Assembly (NCBI GenBank): GCA_043799545.1
Contig: JAZDNO010000026.1
Span: forward strand, 1 to 64,000
Direction: 5' to 3'
Source of the DNA: Methanobacteriota archaeon
GTDB lineage: Archaea > Thermoplasmatota > Thermoplasmata > SG8-5 > DAIRED01
Length of the DNA: 64,000 nt
Shown here: positions 29,136 to 37,672 of the stretch, piece after piece
Numbering within the stretch: position 1 is the first letter of the stretch
How the letters are laid out: each line of letters starts with the position of its first letter
Notes under the pieces: model-generated
Told to the model about the DNA's origin: nothing
The model's input: the letters and a program-made list of their open reading frames with translations, nothing else
Databases searched by the model: none
Program-made: the position numbers and the translations under genes

Positions 29136-29567
29136 CTATATCCCCGGAGGATCCGAAGGATACTGGTCGGTGTAGTAGAACGCGACTGTGTCGCCATCGT
29201 GCACCTCGCAGACGTTCGCTCCGACCTCGGCCATGGTCCCGTTTATTCCGAAGAGCCAGAACTCAGTCATTGACCCCACGGTCCCGTTGATGGACGAGAT
29301 GAACCCTCCCGATTCCTCTATCTCGAAATCCTCGCGCTCCCCCGCCGTCTTCAGCGCGTTCAGCGCGCTCGCGTTTTCCACGCCGACGTCCTCGGCGACT
29401 ATCGTCCAGCCCGGCCCGTAGACCTTGACATCTACCACGGCTGCGTAGTCCGGTCCGCTCGGCTCCATCAACGGCAAGGCCACGAGCAGCGCCGCGGCGG
29501 CGACAGCCGCCACCACGATTACCGCGAGAGCCATCTTCTGCGTCTTTGTCAAGTTGATTTTCGTCAT
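29136..29567 (-). CDS. DUF4430 (transcobalamin C-terminal-like) membrane-anchored protein
   Basis: N-terminal TM; GGFISSINGT...FWLFGINGTMAEVGA...VHDGDTVAFYY. Confidence 0.8.
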   Translation of the reverse strand: MTKINLTKTQKMALAVIVVAAVAAAALLVALPLMEPSGPDYAAVVDVKVYGPGWTIVAEDVGVENASALNALKTAGEREDFEIEESGGFISSINGTVGSMTEFWLFGINGTMAEVGANVCEVHDGDTVAFYYTDQYPSDPPGI

Positions 29568-29686
29568 CTGGGTGCACCTCTGTTGGATATATTATCCACC
29601 CATGTAATGCTACCGAGTATTTGTATCTTTCTGAGATTGTATTCCCCGTCGAGATCCCGTTCGCCCTCGGCAGGAAATCATGGATT

Positions 29687-30289
29687 CTAGACAATCTTAT
29701 CGGTCATCTCGCACATAGCGAAGACCAGCGTCGCCGCGGCAGCGAACGCACCCGATTCCGCGCTCACGGGGTCGCGCCCGTAGCCTATGACGAGAACGTC
29801 GCCCTCGCCGGGCTTGAAAAGGTGGACTAGCAGGGCCGCGTCGGCCTCGTAATCCTCATCGAGCTTCCGCCCGTCCGGAAACCTGAGGGCTCCCTTGTCG
29901 AACACGAGCGCCGTCGCCCCGACTGCGCCCGCGAGCATCGCAGCGTCCCTCTGCTCCAGCCCGCTCCTGACGAACCGCGCATGGTCCCGTATCGCCACGC
30001 CGTGTCCGCATGTCGAGAGCGCCAGGGGACCCAGGCCAAGCTCGCCGTGCACCACGGGCAGGCCGGACATCATGCGATTCCCGCGCCTCGACAGCGAGAT
30101 TCCACCCTTCGAGACTGAAACGAGCCCTCGGTCGTCAAGCTCGCGGAGAACGCCCCTGCACGTTCCCTCGCCCATCCCCATCAGCTTGGCCAGCCGCTTC
30201 CGCCCGACCCTGGCGTTCTCGGAGACTAGGAAGAGCGCCCAGAGTAGGTGATAGGTTGCGTACTTCGGCAGCGCGCCCCGCTTGGCCAT
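29687..30289 (-). CDS. DUF4443-type winged-HTH protein adjacent to SAM synthetase
   Basis: VGRKRLAKLMGMGEGTCRGVLREL; GLEQRDAAMLAGAVGATAL. Confidence 0.75.
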   Translation of the reverse strand: MAKRGALPKYATYHLLWALFLVSENARVGRKRLAKLMGMGEGTCRGVLRELDDRGLVSVSKGGISLSRRGNRMMSGLPVVHGELGLGPLALSTCGHGVAIRDHARFVRSGLEQRDAAMLAGAVGATALVFDKGALRFPDGRKLDEDYEADAALLVHLFKPGEGDVLVIGYGRDPVSAESGAFAAAATLVFAMCEMTDKIV

Positions 30290-30310
30290 GGCCGATTGCC
30301 CTGCCCCATC

Positions 30311-31510
30311 TCAGAACGTCTTGATGTCGCCAGCCACGCACATTTTCGTTATCTTGGGGAGGTCCTTCAGCCACCTGTCCGTGATGGCCTCGACGTCCGA
30401 TTTGACCTTCTCGAACTTGACGCCTTTCTCCATTATGAGGTGGACGTTTGCAGCGAGCGGCTGGTCAATCGGCTTCCCGATCTGGGAGAGCAGCCTGACG
30501 TGGGCCTCCTGGACCGAGCCCTCGTGGTCCTTCGCAATCTGGTCCGCGATTTGGATGGCGAGGAGGTTGTACATCTTCCCCACGTGCGTCACGGGGTTCT
30601 TTCCGGACGTGGCCTCGAGGCTCATCGTGCGGTAAGGCGTGATGAGGCCGTTCGCCCTGTTGCCCCTTCCGACGTTGCCGTCGTCGCCGTTCTCCATCGA
30701 CAGCCCGGTCACGGTCAGGTAGTAGATTTTCTTCTTGTAATCGTCCGCAGTGTTGACAAAGACCTTGACCTCGCGGTCCGTGTACTTGGTCGCGTTGTCC
30801 GCTACCTTGTCGTGAAGCTCCTCGACCACGCTCTTGTAGTGGTCGACGTCCGGTATCTTCGGCGACACCATCGCCGCCGCCACCGTCAGGTAAATCGTCT
30901 CGCCTATCCTGGCGGCCATGACCTTGACATCCTCGCCCACTTCCGGTAGCGCGCGCTTCAGAGGCCCGTTGATTAGCTGCTCTGTCTTGAGCGTGAGTAG
31001 CTCCGTCTCGGAGAACGGCGCGAAGCCGACCCCGAAAGACGTGTCGTTGGCGAGGGACATCTTCGTTTCGTAGACGCCCCTCAGGTCGAGGGAGCCCTGT
31101 CCTATGCGGCAGTCTATCATGACGTCCCAGTCCACGTTCAGGTTCCTGCACGTCTTCTTCAGGTAATCGTAAGCAGCTTTGACTGCGACGGACCTGAACG
31201 GCAGGCGCTCGCCGCCAACCTCCGTGACCGCGCGGCCCACAAGCAGGACATAGATGGGATCGAGGATCCTTCCGCCGCCGAATTTCGGGGCCGCCTGGCC
31301 GCCGACAATCTGGCACTCGTCGGTGTTGTGGTGAAGTATGGTGTTGAACTCTTCGTTGTACATCTTGCAGAGCCCCACAGAAACGGATTCGGCTATGCCG
31401 TCGGCTATGCTGTCGGGATGCCCGATGCCCTTCCTCTCCACCATCTCGGTCTTCTGCTCCTCAATCGGCGTCTGGTTCATCAGTTCCACGTATATGTTTC
31501 TCGCAGTCAT
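30311..31510 (-). CDS. mat: Archaeal S-adenosylmethionine synthetase
   Basis: EMVERKGIGHPDSIADGIAE, LHHNTD, ANDTSFGVG, GEDVKVM, GDDGNVGRGNR, GKNPVTHVGK. Confidence 0.96.
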   Translation of the reverse strand: MTARNIYVELMNQTPIEEQKTEMVERKGIGHPDSIADGIAESVSVGLCKMYNEEFNTILHHNTDECQIVGGQAAPKFGGGRILDPIYVLLVGRAVTEVGGERLPFRSVAVKAAYDYLKKTCRNLNVDWDVMIDCRIGQGSLDLRGVYETKMSLANDTSFGVGFAPFSETELLTLKTEQLINGPLKRALPEVGEDVKVMAARIGETIYLTVAAAMVSPKIPDVDHYKSVVEELHDKVADNATKYTDREVKVFVNTADDYKKKIYYLTVTGLSMENGDDGNVGRGNRANGLITPYRTMSLEATSGKNPVTHVGKMYNLLAIQIADQIAKDHEGSVQEAHVRLLSQIGKPIDQPLAANVHLIMEKGVKFEKVKSDVEAITDRWLKDLPKITKMCVAGDIKTF

Positions 31511-31599
31511 GTTATCGCTCCTGTATTTGCACGGCTTGAATCTCCTGGCTTGATATATGCTTTTCGGTAAACCATCAATTTATATACTGGCTGCGAGAT

Positions 31600-32817
31600 G
31601 TGCGAGCGATGGTCGGGGAAACGCCTTGCAAGATATGTGGCACGCCCATTCCGCACGGCCAAGACAAGTGTCCCCTCTGCGGGACCGAGTTCTCTCGTTC
31701 GGAAGGCGGAAAGGTGAAAACCAAGGTCTCCACTGAGAAGAAGGCGGCGGAGAAACTGGACATAGACATCTCAGACCCAGAGGTGCGGCGGGTCCTGGAA
31801 GAGCTCACGCTCATCCCCGGCATTTCCAGGCGCGGCGCTCTAATCCTCTACAAGCAGGGGATACGCACTGTCTCCGATTTTATCAAGAAGGCCATGCCCG
31901 GAGAGGCGATGAGCGAGCGATACGCCCAGGTCATCGCCAACAGGCTGGCAATCGATTCCGCCAAGGGAACCGGCCAGGTCGCGGAGCGGAAGGTCCCGTG
32001 CCCGTCGTGCAGGTCTCCCAACAAAGCGGCCTCGAAGAAGTGCGGGGTCTGCGGCGCTCAGATTTCGACCGTGAGGAAGAACGTCGACCTCGAGCAAATC
32101 CAGGGCCGTGTGAACGAGACGATTAAAGAGGTCCTGGGAGACTTCGCGGAATCCGAGGATTTCGGGGCGCTCCCAAGCGATATGAAGGAAGAGATCGCCG
32201 CCGTCCTTTCTTCCGAGAGGGAAATAACTGAGGAGGAGGTAAAGGACGTCGCCAAGACGCTGACATCACTACCCGAGGACATGACTCAGATTGTCGATGA
32301 CATCGCGCTGGGGGAGGACGATTTCGGGGAGGGGAAGGGTGAGGAAGACGGAGGTGGTGAGGGCGAATCGTCCCCGGTAGAGAAAAGCTCTCGGCAACTC
32401 AAGAAGAAGCAGATTCTGATGGCGAGGCTCGAACGGTGGAAGAAGATGGGCTACGACGTCTCCGAACTGGAGCCACTCGTCGACGGTGACTTCGAGACCT
32501 TCAAAACAAAGGCGAAGGATATACTGTCCAGCAAGCTGAACAAGGCTGCCGCGAAAGGCACCGCCAAGCCTCCCTCCGAGAAGGCGGGCGATTCTAAGAA
32601 ACAGGCTCCGCCAGCCTCCCAGAAAACCGACGGCGGAAAGGCCCCAGGAAAGAGGGGCGCCACGCCGGAGGAGCGCGCAAAGTTCCTGAGGCAAATCGGA
32701 GTCTGGAAGGAAAGGGGCTTCGACGTCGCAGGTCTGGCCGAGCTTCTCGAAACGGACATGGCGGAGTTTAAGAAGAGGAGCATGGCGATGTTGAAAGCGC
32801 AGATGAGCAAGAAGTAG
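31600..32817 (+). CDS. Hypothetical protein: zinc ribbon, helix-hairpin-helix, second zinc ribbon, acidic linker, 2x WxxxG(Y/F)DV repeat
   Basis: CKIC...CPLC; LTLIPGISRRGALILYKQG (HhH-like); CPSC...CGVC; WKKMGYDVSEL and WKERGFDVAGL. Start may be ATG at 31609. Confidence 0.75.
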   Translation: MRAMVGETPCKICGTPIPHGQDKCPLCGTEFSRSEGGKVKTKVSTEKKAAEKLDIDISDPEVRRVLEELTLIPGISRRGALILYKQGIRTVSDFIKKAMPGEAMSERYAQVIANRLAIDSAKGTGQVAERKVPCPSCRSPNKAASKKCGVCGAQISTVRKNVDLEQIQGRVNETIKEVLGDFAESEDFGALPSDMKEEIAAVLSSEREITEEEVKDVAKTLTSLPEDMTQIVDDIALGEDDFGEGKGEEDGGGEGESSPVEKSSRQLKKKQILMARLERWKKMGYDVSELEPLVDGDFETFKTKAKDILSSKLNKAAAKGTAKPPSEKAGDSKKQAPPASQKTDGGKAPGKRGATPEERAKFLRQIGVWKERGFDVAGLAELLETDMAEFKKRSMAMLKAQMSKK

Positions 32818-32822
32818 CCATA

Positions 32823-33827
32823 TTGGTGCGGGCAATGATCACCGTCAAAAACGTCACAAAAAGATACCGGAAGAACGCCAAGAGCAGCTCGTGGAAGACA
32901 AGGGTCAAACAGATGTTCAGCGACAAGAAACGCGAATCCATGACTGCGCTGAACAACGTCGATTTCCAGGCGAACGGCGGAGAGATAATCGGAATCCTCG
33001 GGCCGAACGGCGCGGGAAAGACCACGCTTTTAAAAATAATCGCGGGGTTGCTTGTGCCAGAGGTCGGCCAAGGCGAGGTCAACGGATTCGACATCGTCAA
33101 GGACAGGGAAAAGGTGAGGACGTCGGTGAACTTCCTCATGAGCGGCGGCTGGGTCATCTTCGATTACAAATTCTCCGTGCGGGACAATCTTAGGTTTTGG
33201 GGGGTCTACCAGGGGTTGAGCCTGAAGGACGTCGACCAGAGGGTGGCGGAGGTTTTAAAGGTTGTCGAGCTGGAGGAGAAGAAAGACGAATTCCCCGAAA
33301 ACATTTCCGCCGGGATGAGGCAGAGGATGAACCTTGCCAGATGCCTGCTCGTCGACCGCCCGGTGTATCTGCTGGACGAGCCGACGGCCAACCTGGACCC
33401 CTACTCGGCCGAATTCATTAGGAAGTTCGTGAAGGAGAAGCTCCGAACGGACAATAAGACAATCGTCCTCGCGACCCACAACCTCTGGGAGGCCGAGCTG
33501 CTGTGCGACAGAATCGTCATCCTTAACAAGGGCGAGGTTCTGCTCGCGGACAAAACGGAGGAGATAAAAAGAAAGATCGGCAAGGAGGTGGCCATCATCG
33601 AGATCGAAAGTGAGGACGCGGAACTGCTGAAAACTTTCCGGGGGCTGGATTTCGTGGACAGCGCCACGCTGGAGGGAAACCGCCTGCGAATATTCGGCGA
33701 CGTTAAGAGAAACCTCCCCCGCATCATCGACATCTGCCGGGAGCGCACGACCGTCACAAGCGTGAACGTCCAGGAGCTCTCGCTGAACGACATATTCATC
33801 CAGCTGGTGAGCAGGGGTGAAACATGA
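32823..33827 (+). CDS. ABC transporter ATP-binding subunit (export type)
   Basis: Walker A GPNGAGKTT, signature variant ISAGMRQR, Walker B VYLLDEP, ATH switch. Confidence 0.93.
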   Translation: MVRAMITVKNVTKRYRKNAKSSSWKTRVKQMFSDKKRESMTALNNVDFQANGGEIIGILGPNGAGKTTLLKIIAGLLVPEVGQGEVNGFDIVKDREKVRTSVNFLMSGGWVIFDYKFSVRDNLRFWGVYQGLSLKDVDQRVAEVLKVVELEEKKDEFPENISAGMRQRMNLARCLLVDRPVYLLDEPTANLDPYSAEFIRKFVKEKLRTDNKTIVLATHNLWEAELLCDRIVILNKGEVLLADKTEEIKRKIGKEVAIIEIESEDAELLKTFRGLDFVDSATLEGNRLRIFGDVKRNLPRIIDICRERTTVTSVNVQELSLNDIFIQLVSRGET

Positions 33828-34681
33828 TAAAGCACAGCCTCTCGCTCTCGGAAAAGCTCGAAGTAGTATATATTTCGATGTGGAGGTACGGGAAGTTAAT
33901 GACCAGATTTAAAACGAGCTTCTTCTTTTCCATAGTCGCCATGTTCGTCTCGATTACGACATTCTACTACTTCGGACAGGTGTTCGGGGACGCCACTGCC
34001 GTGGCCGTTGAAGACTACGGTGGCAACTACTTTTCCTATGTGCTCATCGGACTCGCGTTCAATCAGTTCGCTGTCACTAGCCTCAGCACCTATCTCGCGA
34101 CCGTACAAAATATATATTGGTCCAACTGGCTCGAGCTGATACTGACAGCCCCCATGCGCCTCAAGACATATTTCGTCGCTGCGATGTCCTGGGCTTACAC
34201 GTACTCGACTATCCTCATCGCCTTTTACTTCATCATCGGGGTCGGGATATTCGGGGCCGCGATTGCATTCCCCCCAGGCTGGTACGTCATCATACTCATC
34301 CTGTTCTTGACTGTCCTAAGCATCTCGGGCATCGGTTTGATGGCCGCAAGCACTTTCATGCTGTTGAACGCGAAAGGCCAGGTGGAGCCCATCAGCTGGT
34401 TCGTGGGCACGGTTTCCGCCCTTGTCTGCGGGGTCTATTATCCGCCCGAATTGCTGCCCCCGTCCATCCATGCCATCTCATACATCTTCCCGCACACGTA
34501 TGCCCTCGAGGGGCTGCGAGAGATACTCCTGAACGGGAAAGGCCTCATGGACCCGTCCATCCAAATGATAATCCTGATATTGGCAATATTCTCCATGATA
34601 CTCCTGCCGCTGGGAATGGCGATGTTCAAGTCAGGAATTAAAAAGGCTGAGAAGGATGGAACCCTGGCAAGATGGGTTTGA
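33824..34681 (+). CDS. ABC-2 type permease
   Basis: Six TM segments; LELILTAP; GVYYPPELLP...PHTYALEGLR; ATGA overlap with the ATPase gene. Confidence 0.9.
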   Translation: MIKHSLSLSEKLEVVYISMWRYGKLMTRFKTSFFFSIVAMFVSITTFYYFGQVFGDATAVAVEDYGGNYFSYVLIGLAFNQFAVTSLSTYLATVQNIYWSNWLELILTAPMRLKTYFVAAMSWAYTYSTILIAFYFIIGVGIFGAAIAFPPGWYVIILILFLTVLSISGIGLMAASTFMLLNAKGQVEPISWFVGTVSALVCGVYYPPELLPPSIHAISYIFPHTYALEGLREILLNGKGLMDPSIQMIILILAIFSMILLPLGMAMFKSGIKKAEKDGTLARWV

Positions 34682-34790
34682 TTCTGCGATCCAGCCCCCG
34701 CGCGATTTCATCGAATTCGCGAGCGGTTGTGCGGCGCGGAATGCAAATCAATTGATGTATTGGGTCACAACAATGTTAATCTATGTGATT

Positions 34791-34806
34791 CCAAAAAATA
34801 TAAATA
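34791..34806 (+). promoter_or_regulatory. Archaeal BRE/TATA promoter upstream of the putative precursor peptide
   Basis: CCAAAAAATATAAATA; an ATCAATTGAT palindrome at 34747-34756 may be an operator. Confidence 0.55.
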
Positions 34807-34879
34807 TGAGATGTAACATTCACGATTCACCCTGACATGCAAAAGCATGTGTGTGGTAACCAAGAAAGGGAGGTTAAAA

Positions 34880-35017
34880 ATGCCAGGAGACGGAAATGGA
34901 TTCGACCCCATCGACCCGGGCCAGGGATACAAGCACAGGCACGGACACGAAGCAACCGGATGCGGATGCGTAGAGGTTGGTTCCATATACGCAGTATTCG
35001 ACCCACAGCCGGTTTAA
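34880..35017 (+). CDS. Putative RiPP precursor peptide, 45 aa: MPGDGNGFDPIDPGQGYKHRHGHEATGCGCVEVGSIYAVFDPQPV
   Basis: Below the ORF-track cutoff. SD GGGAGGT at 34868-34874 is 5 nt before the ATG; the ORF lies between an ABC exporter and two rSAM/SPASM genes; an 8-bp hairpin overlaps the stop. Confidence 0.75.
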   Translation: MPGDGNGFDPIDPGQGYKHRHGHEATGCGCVEVGSIYAVFDPQPV

Positions 35018-35141
35018 TCGATTTAAACCGACGGAGAAAAACTCTTCCAATCTTTCTATAATTATTAATAACTGATAATAATAGGGAGCAGCGCGGGCTG
35101 CCAGAGGTGGTTTCACGGAAAAACCGAAACTCGCAAAGGCT

Positions 35142-36491
35142 GTGGTCGTCAAGAAGAAGAACGGAAAGAGCGCGTTCATTCACCCCGACATTCCCAAATG
35201 GCTCGCTTTCCGCGCCGAGGGGGCCCGGACCCTGGAGCTGTGCGACGGAACGCGGAGCGAGCGGGACATCATCGAGACAATTTCGAGGGAATTCAACGAG
35301 CCCATGGAGTATGTGGGGAAGGGAGTCGCCGGCCTACTTAGCCACTGCGAGAAGCAGGGATTCTTCCAGGATGTCACCCCGAAGAGACCGGACGCCCTGC
35401 CAGTGGAGATGAAGATACTCTACCTGAACATCACCCGGGAGTGCAACCTGAGGTGCACCTATTGCTATGCGAGCGCGGGCGCCCAGCGGGAAAAAGAGCT
35501 GACTCTGGAGGAGATAAAGAAGCTCCTGAGCGAGTTCCACGCCCTTGGAAAAGGGACGCGGCAGAACGTCATAATAACTGGCGGGGAGCCGCTGCTGAGG
35601 AAAGACTTCTGGCAGATTGCCGAATATGCGAGGTCGCTGGGGCTCGTCCTTGTGCTTTCCTCAAACGGACTCCTCATCGACAGGGAGACTGCAAGGAAAT
35701 TGGGTAAGCTCTTCGGCGGCGTGCAGATCAGCCTCGACGGCGACAGGGAGATGCACGACAAATGCCGGGGCAAGGGGTCCTTCGACGGGGCGACGAGGGG
35801 CATAGAAAACCTGGTCGAAGCCGGCATCACGCCGTCGATATCTGCCACTGTGACAAAAGAGAACTTCAAAAAGCTGGACAACCTGTGGGACGTGTGCGAC
35901 AAGTACAAAATAAAGCACGTGAAGACCAACCCCATCATCCCCCTAGGCCGGGCGGAGAGCGACAGAGACGAGATAATGCTGTCGAGGGACGAATACATAG
36001 AGCTCTGGAGGGCGACCAAGCAGCAGCTCAAGAAGCGCCGCCTGGAGGTCACGATAGATAACGAGCGGTCCATTTTCTCGGGAGGCACGTCGTTCAAGGG
36101 CACGGGCAACTCTTGCGGAGCCGGCCGGACGTCCATCAGCTTCGAATCCAACGGGGACGCCTATCCGTGCCAGGCATCGCATCTCCCGCAGTTCCTCTGC
36201 GGTAACATAAGGGAGAAATCTCTGGAAGAGATCGTGACGGGGGCGGAAGTTCTGAAGGACTGGATGGGCCGCTCAATCAACGACATTCCGGGATGCAGCT
36301 CCTGCGAATGGAAGATGTACTGCGGCGGCGGCTGCTTCCTGCAGGCGGCTCTGGGCCACGGGACCGTGCACGCGCCGGATGTCTATTGCGACGTTTACAA
36401 GTTCGAATACGAGGAGACGTTTTGGGAATTTGTGGACAAAAGGGAAAAAGAACAGGAGGAATCAAATGACGGGCAAGCAGCCAAAGTTTGA
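35142..36491 (+). CDS. Radical SAM/SPASM peptide maturase with N-terminal PqqD/RRE-like domain
   Basis: GARTLELCDGTRSERDIIETISREF (PqqD-like wHTH); CNLRCTYC; TGGEPLLR; QISLDG; SPASM CGAG...YPC...CSSCEWKMYCGGGC...YC. True start may lie slightly upstream. Confidence 0.9.
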   Translation: MVVKKKNGKSAFIHPDIPKWLAFRAEGARTLELCDGTRSERDIIETISREFNEPMEYVGKGVAGLLSHCEKQGFFQDVTPKRPDALPVEMKILYLNITRECNLRCTYCYASAGAQREKELTLEEIKKLLSEFHALGKGTRQNVIITGGEPLLRKDFWQIAEYARSLGLVLVLSSNGLLIDRETARKLGKLFGGVQISLDGDREMHDKCRGKGSFDGATRGIENLVEAGITPSISATVTKENFKKLDNLWDVCDKYKIKHVKTNPIIPLGRAESDRDEIMLSRDEYIELWRATKQQLKKRRLEVTIDNERSIFSGGTSFKGTGNSCGAGRTSISFESNGDAYPCQASHLPQFLCGNIREKSLEEIVTGAEVLKDWMGRSINDIPGCSSCEWKMYCGGGCFLQAALGHGTVHAPDVYCDVYKFEYEETFWEFVDKREKEQEESNDGQAAKV

Positions 36492-37602
36492 AATCAAGAG
36501 CGGGCGAATTTACTACGAGAACATACCGCCGGGAACGCCTATGTCCCAGCTGATGACGGGATTTTTCAAGGACAAAATAGAGAACGAGGGGATGGGTCCG
36601 CTGATGGCGCAGTGGATAGCGACCAGCAAATGCAATTTCAGGTGCCCGCATTGCGGCACCGCGGCCTCTGAGGCAAAGCCCGACGAGCTGAGCTGGGCCC
36701 AAATCAAACCGGTCATAGAGGATTTGGCAAGCATGGGATGCAAGACTTTCACGATGACCGGGGGGGAGCCGATACTGCGACCGGATTTCTGGAAGATCGT
36801 GGACCACGCCCACGCCAACGGGATGAAGACCGGATTCGTGACGAACGCCTGGGCCATAAAGGATTTCGAGGACGAGCTGAGGCGAGCCAAGATAGAGACC
36901 ATCCTGGTCAGCATCGACGGCTACAGAGAGAACCATGACAAAATCCGCGGGATGCCCGGCTCGTACAAGAAGTGCCTCGAGGCCATCCGGTTCCTGAAGG
37001 ACATCGGCACCCCCGTGGTGGGCGTGTCGACGGTCTACATGAAGGACAACGTCGATTTCCTGCCGCAAATCGTGGACGAGGCGGCCAAAGCCGGCGCGGA
37101 CAGGCATCGCCTCCAGGCCATCGTGCCGGAGGGGCGCTCGAAGGGCAAGGGTAACAGCCGGGAGGAGATAAAAAAGGCCATAAAATTCGTCTACGACGCC
37201 AGGAAGCGAGGGGTCAACATCGAGGTGTGCGAGGCGCACGGATGGCTCGGGCCGCTTGACGGCATCCTGAGGGCCAACTTCTACTGCGGCATCGGCCTGA
37301 ACACGCTGTGCATAATGCAGAACGGCGACGTCATGGGCTGCTCCCTCATGGACTACCCGGACAAGACAGAGGGGAACGTGAAGGACAAAAGCATCAAGGA
37401 CATATGGTTCAACGGTTTCAAGATGTACAGGCAGCCTACGCTCCCGGACCTCCCCAAGGAATGCACCGACTGCAAGCAGCTCATCGAGTGCAGGGGCGGA
37501 TGCTGGCTCCACCGCATGAACAACAACTTCTGCTTCCTCCCCATGGCCGTGGAGGTCGCGCGAGAATCTGGGGATTTCCCCAATCTCGACGAGAAGTACT
37601 GA
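36466..37602 (+). CDS. Second radical SAM/SPASM enzyme (no RRE)
   Basis: SD CAGGAGGA before ATG 36466; CNFRCPHC; TGGEPILR; VSIDG; SPASM CGIG...MGC...CTDCKQLIECRGGC...FC; overlaps the first rSAM by 26 nt. Confidence 0.92.
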   Translation: MTGKQPKFEIKSGRIYYENIPPGTPMSQLMTGFFKDKIENEGMGPLMAQWIATSKCNFRCPHCGTAASEAKPDELSWAQIKPVIEDLASMGCKTFTMTGGEPILRPDFWKIVDHAHANGMKTGFVTNAWAIKDFEDELRRAKIETILVSIDGYRENHDKIRGMPGSYKKCLEAIRFLKDIGTPVVGVSTVYMKDNVDFLPQIVDEAAKAGADRHRLQAIVPEGRSKGKGNSREEIKKAIKFVYDARKRGVNIEVCEAHGWLGPLDGILRANFYCGIGLNTLCIMQNGDVMGCSLMDYPDKTEGNVKDKSIKDIWFNGFKMYRQPTLPDLPKECTDCKQLIECRGGCWLHRMNNNFCFLPMAVEVARESGDFPNLDEKY

Positions 37603-37672
37603 CGCTCGCAGCTTGATGGCGCGGAAGGCGGCAGCGGGGCGCGCAGCCCGCGGGTCCAATCTATGCCTCCGC

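Noticed and set aside
29600-29686. Cobalamin riboswitch upstream of DUF4430
   Set aside because: No B12-box or conserved core found, and the space is too short.
36277-37659. 460-aa minus-strand ORF (and similar shadows at 19526-21193, 28074-29273, 57667-58551)
   Set aside because: Antisense to well-supported genes; no recognisable domains.
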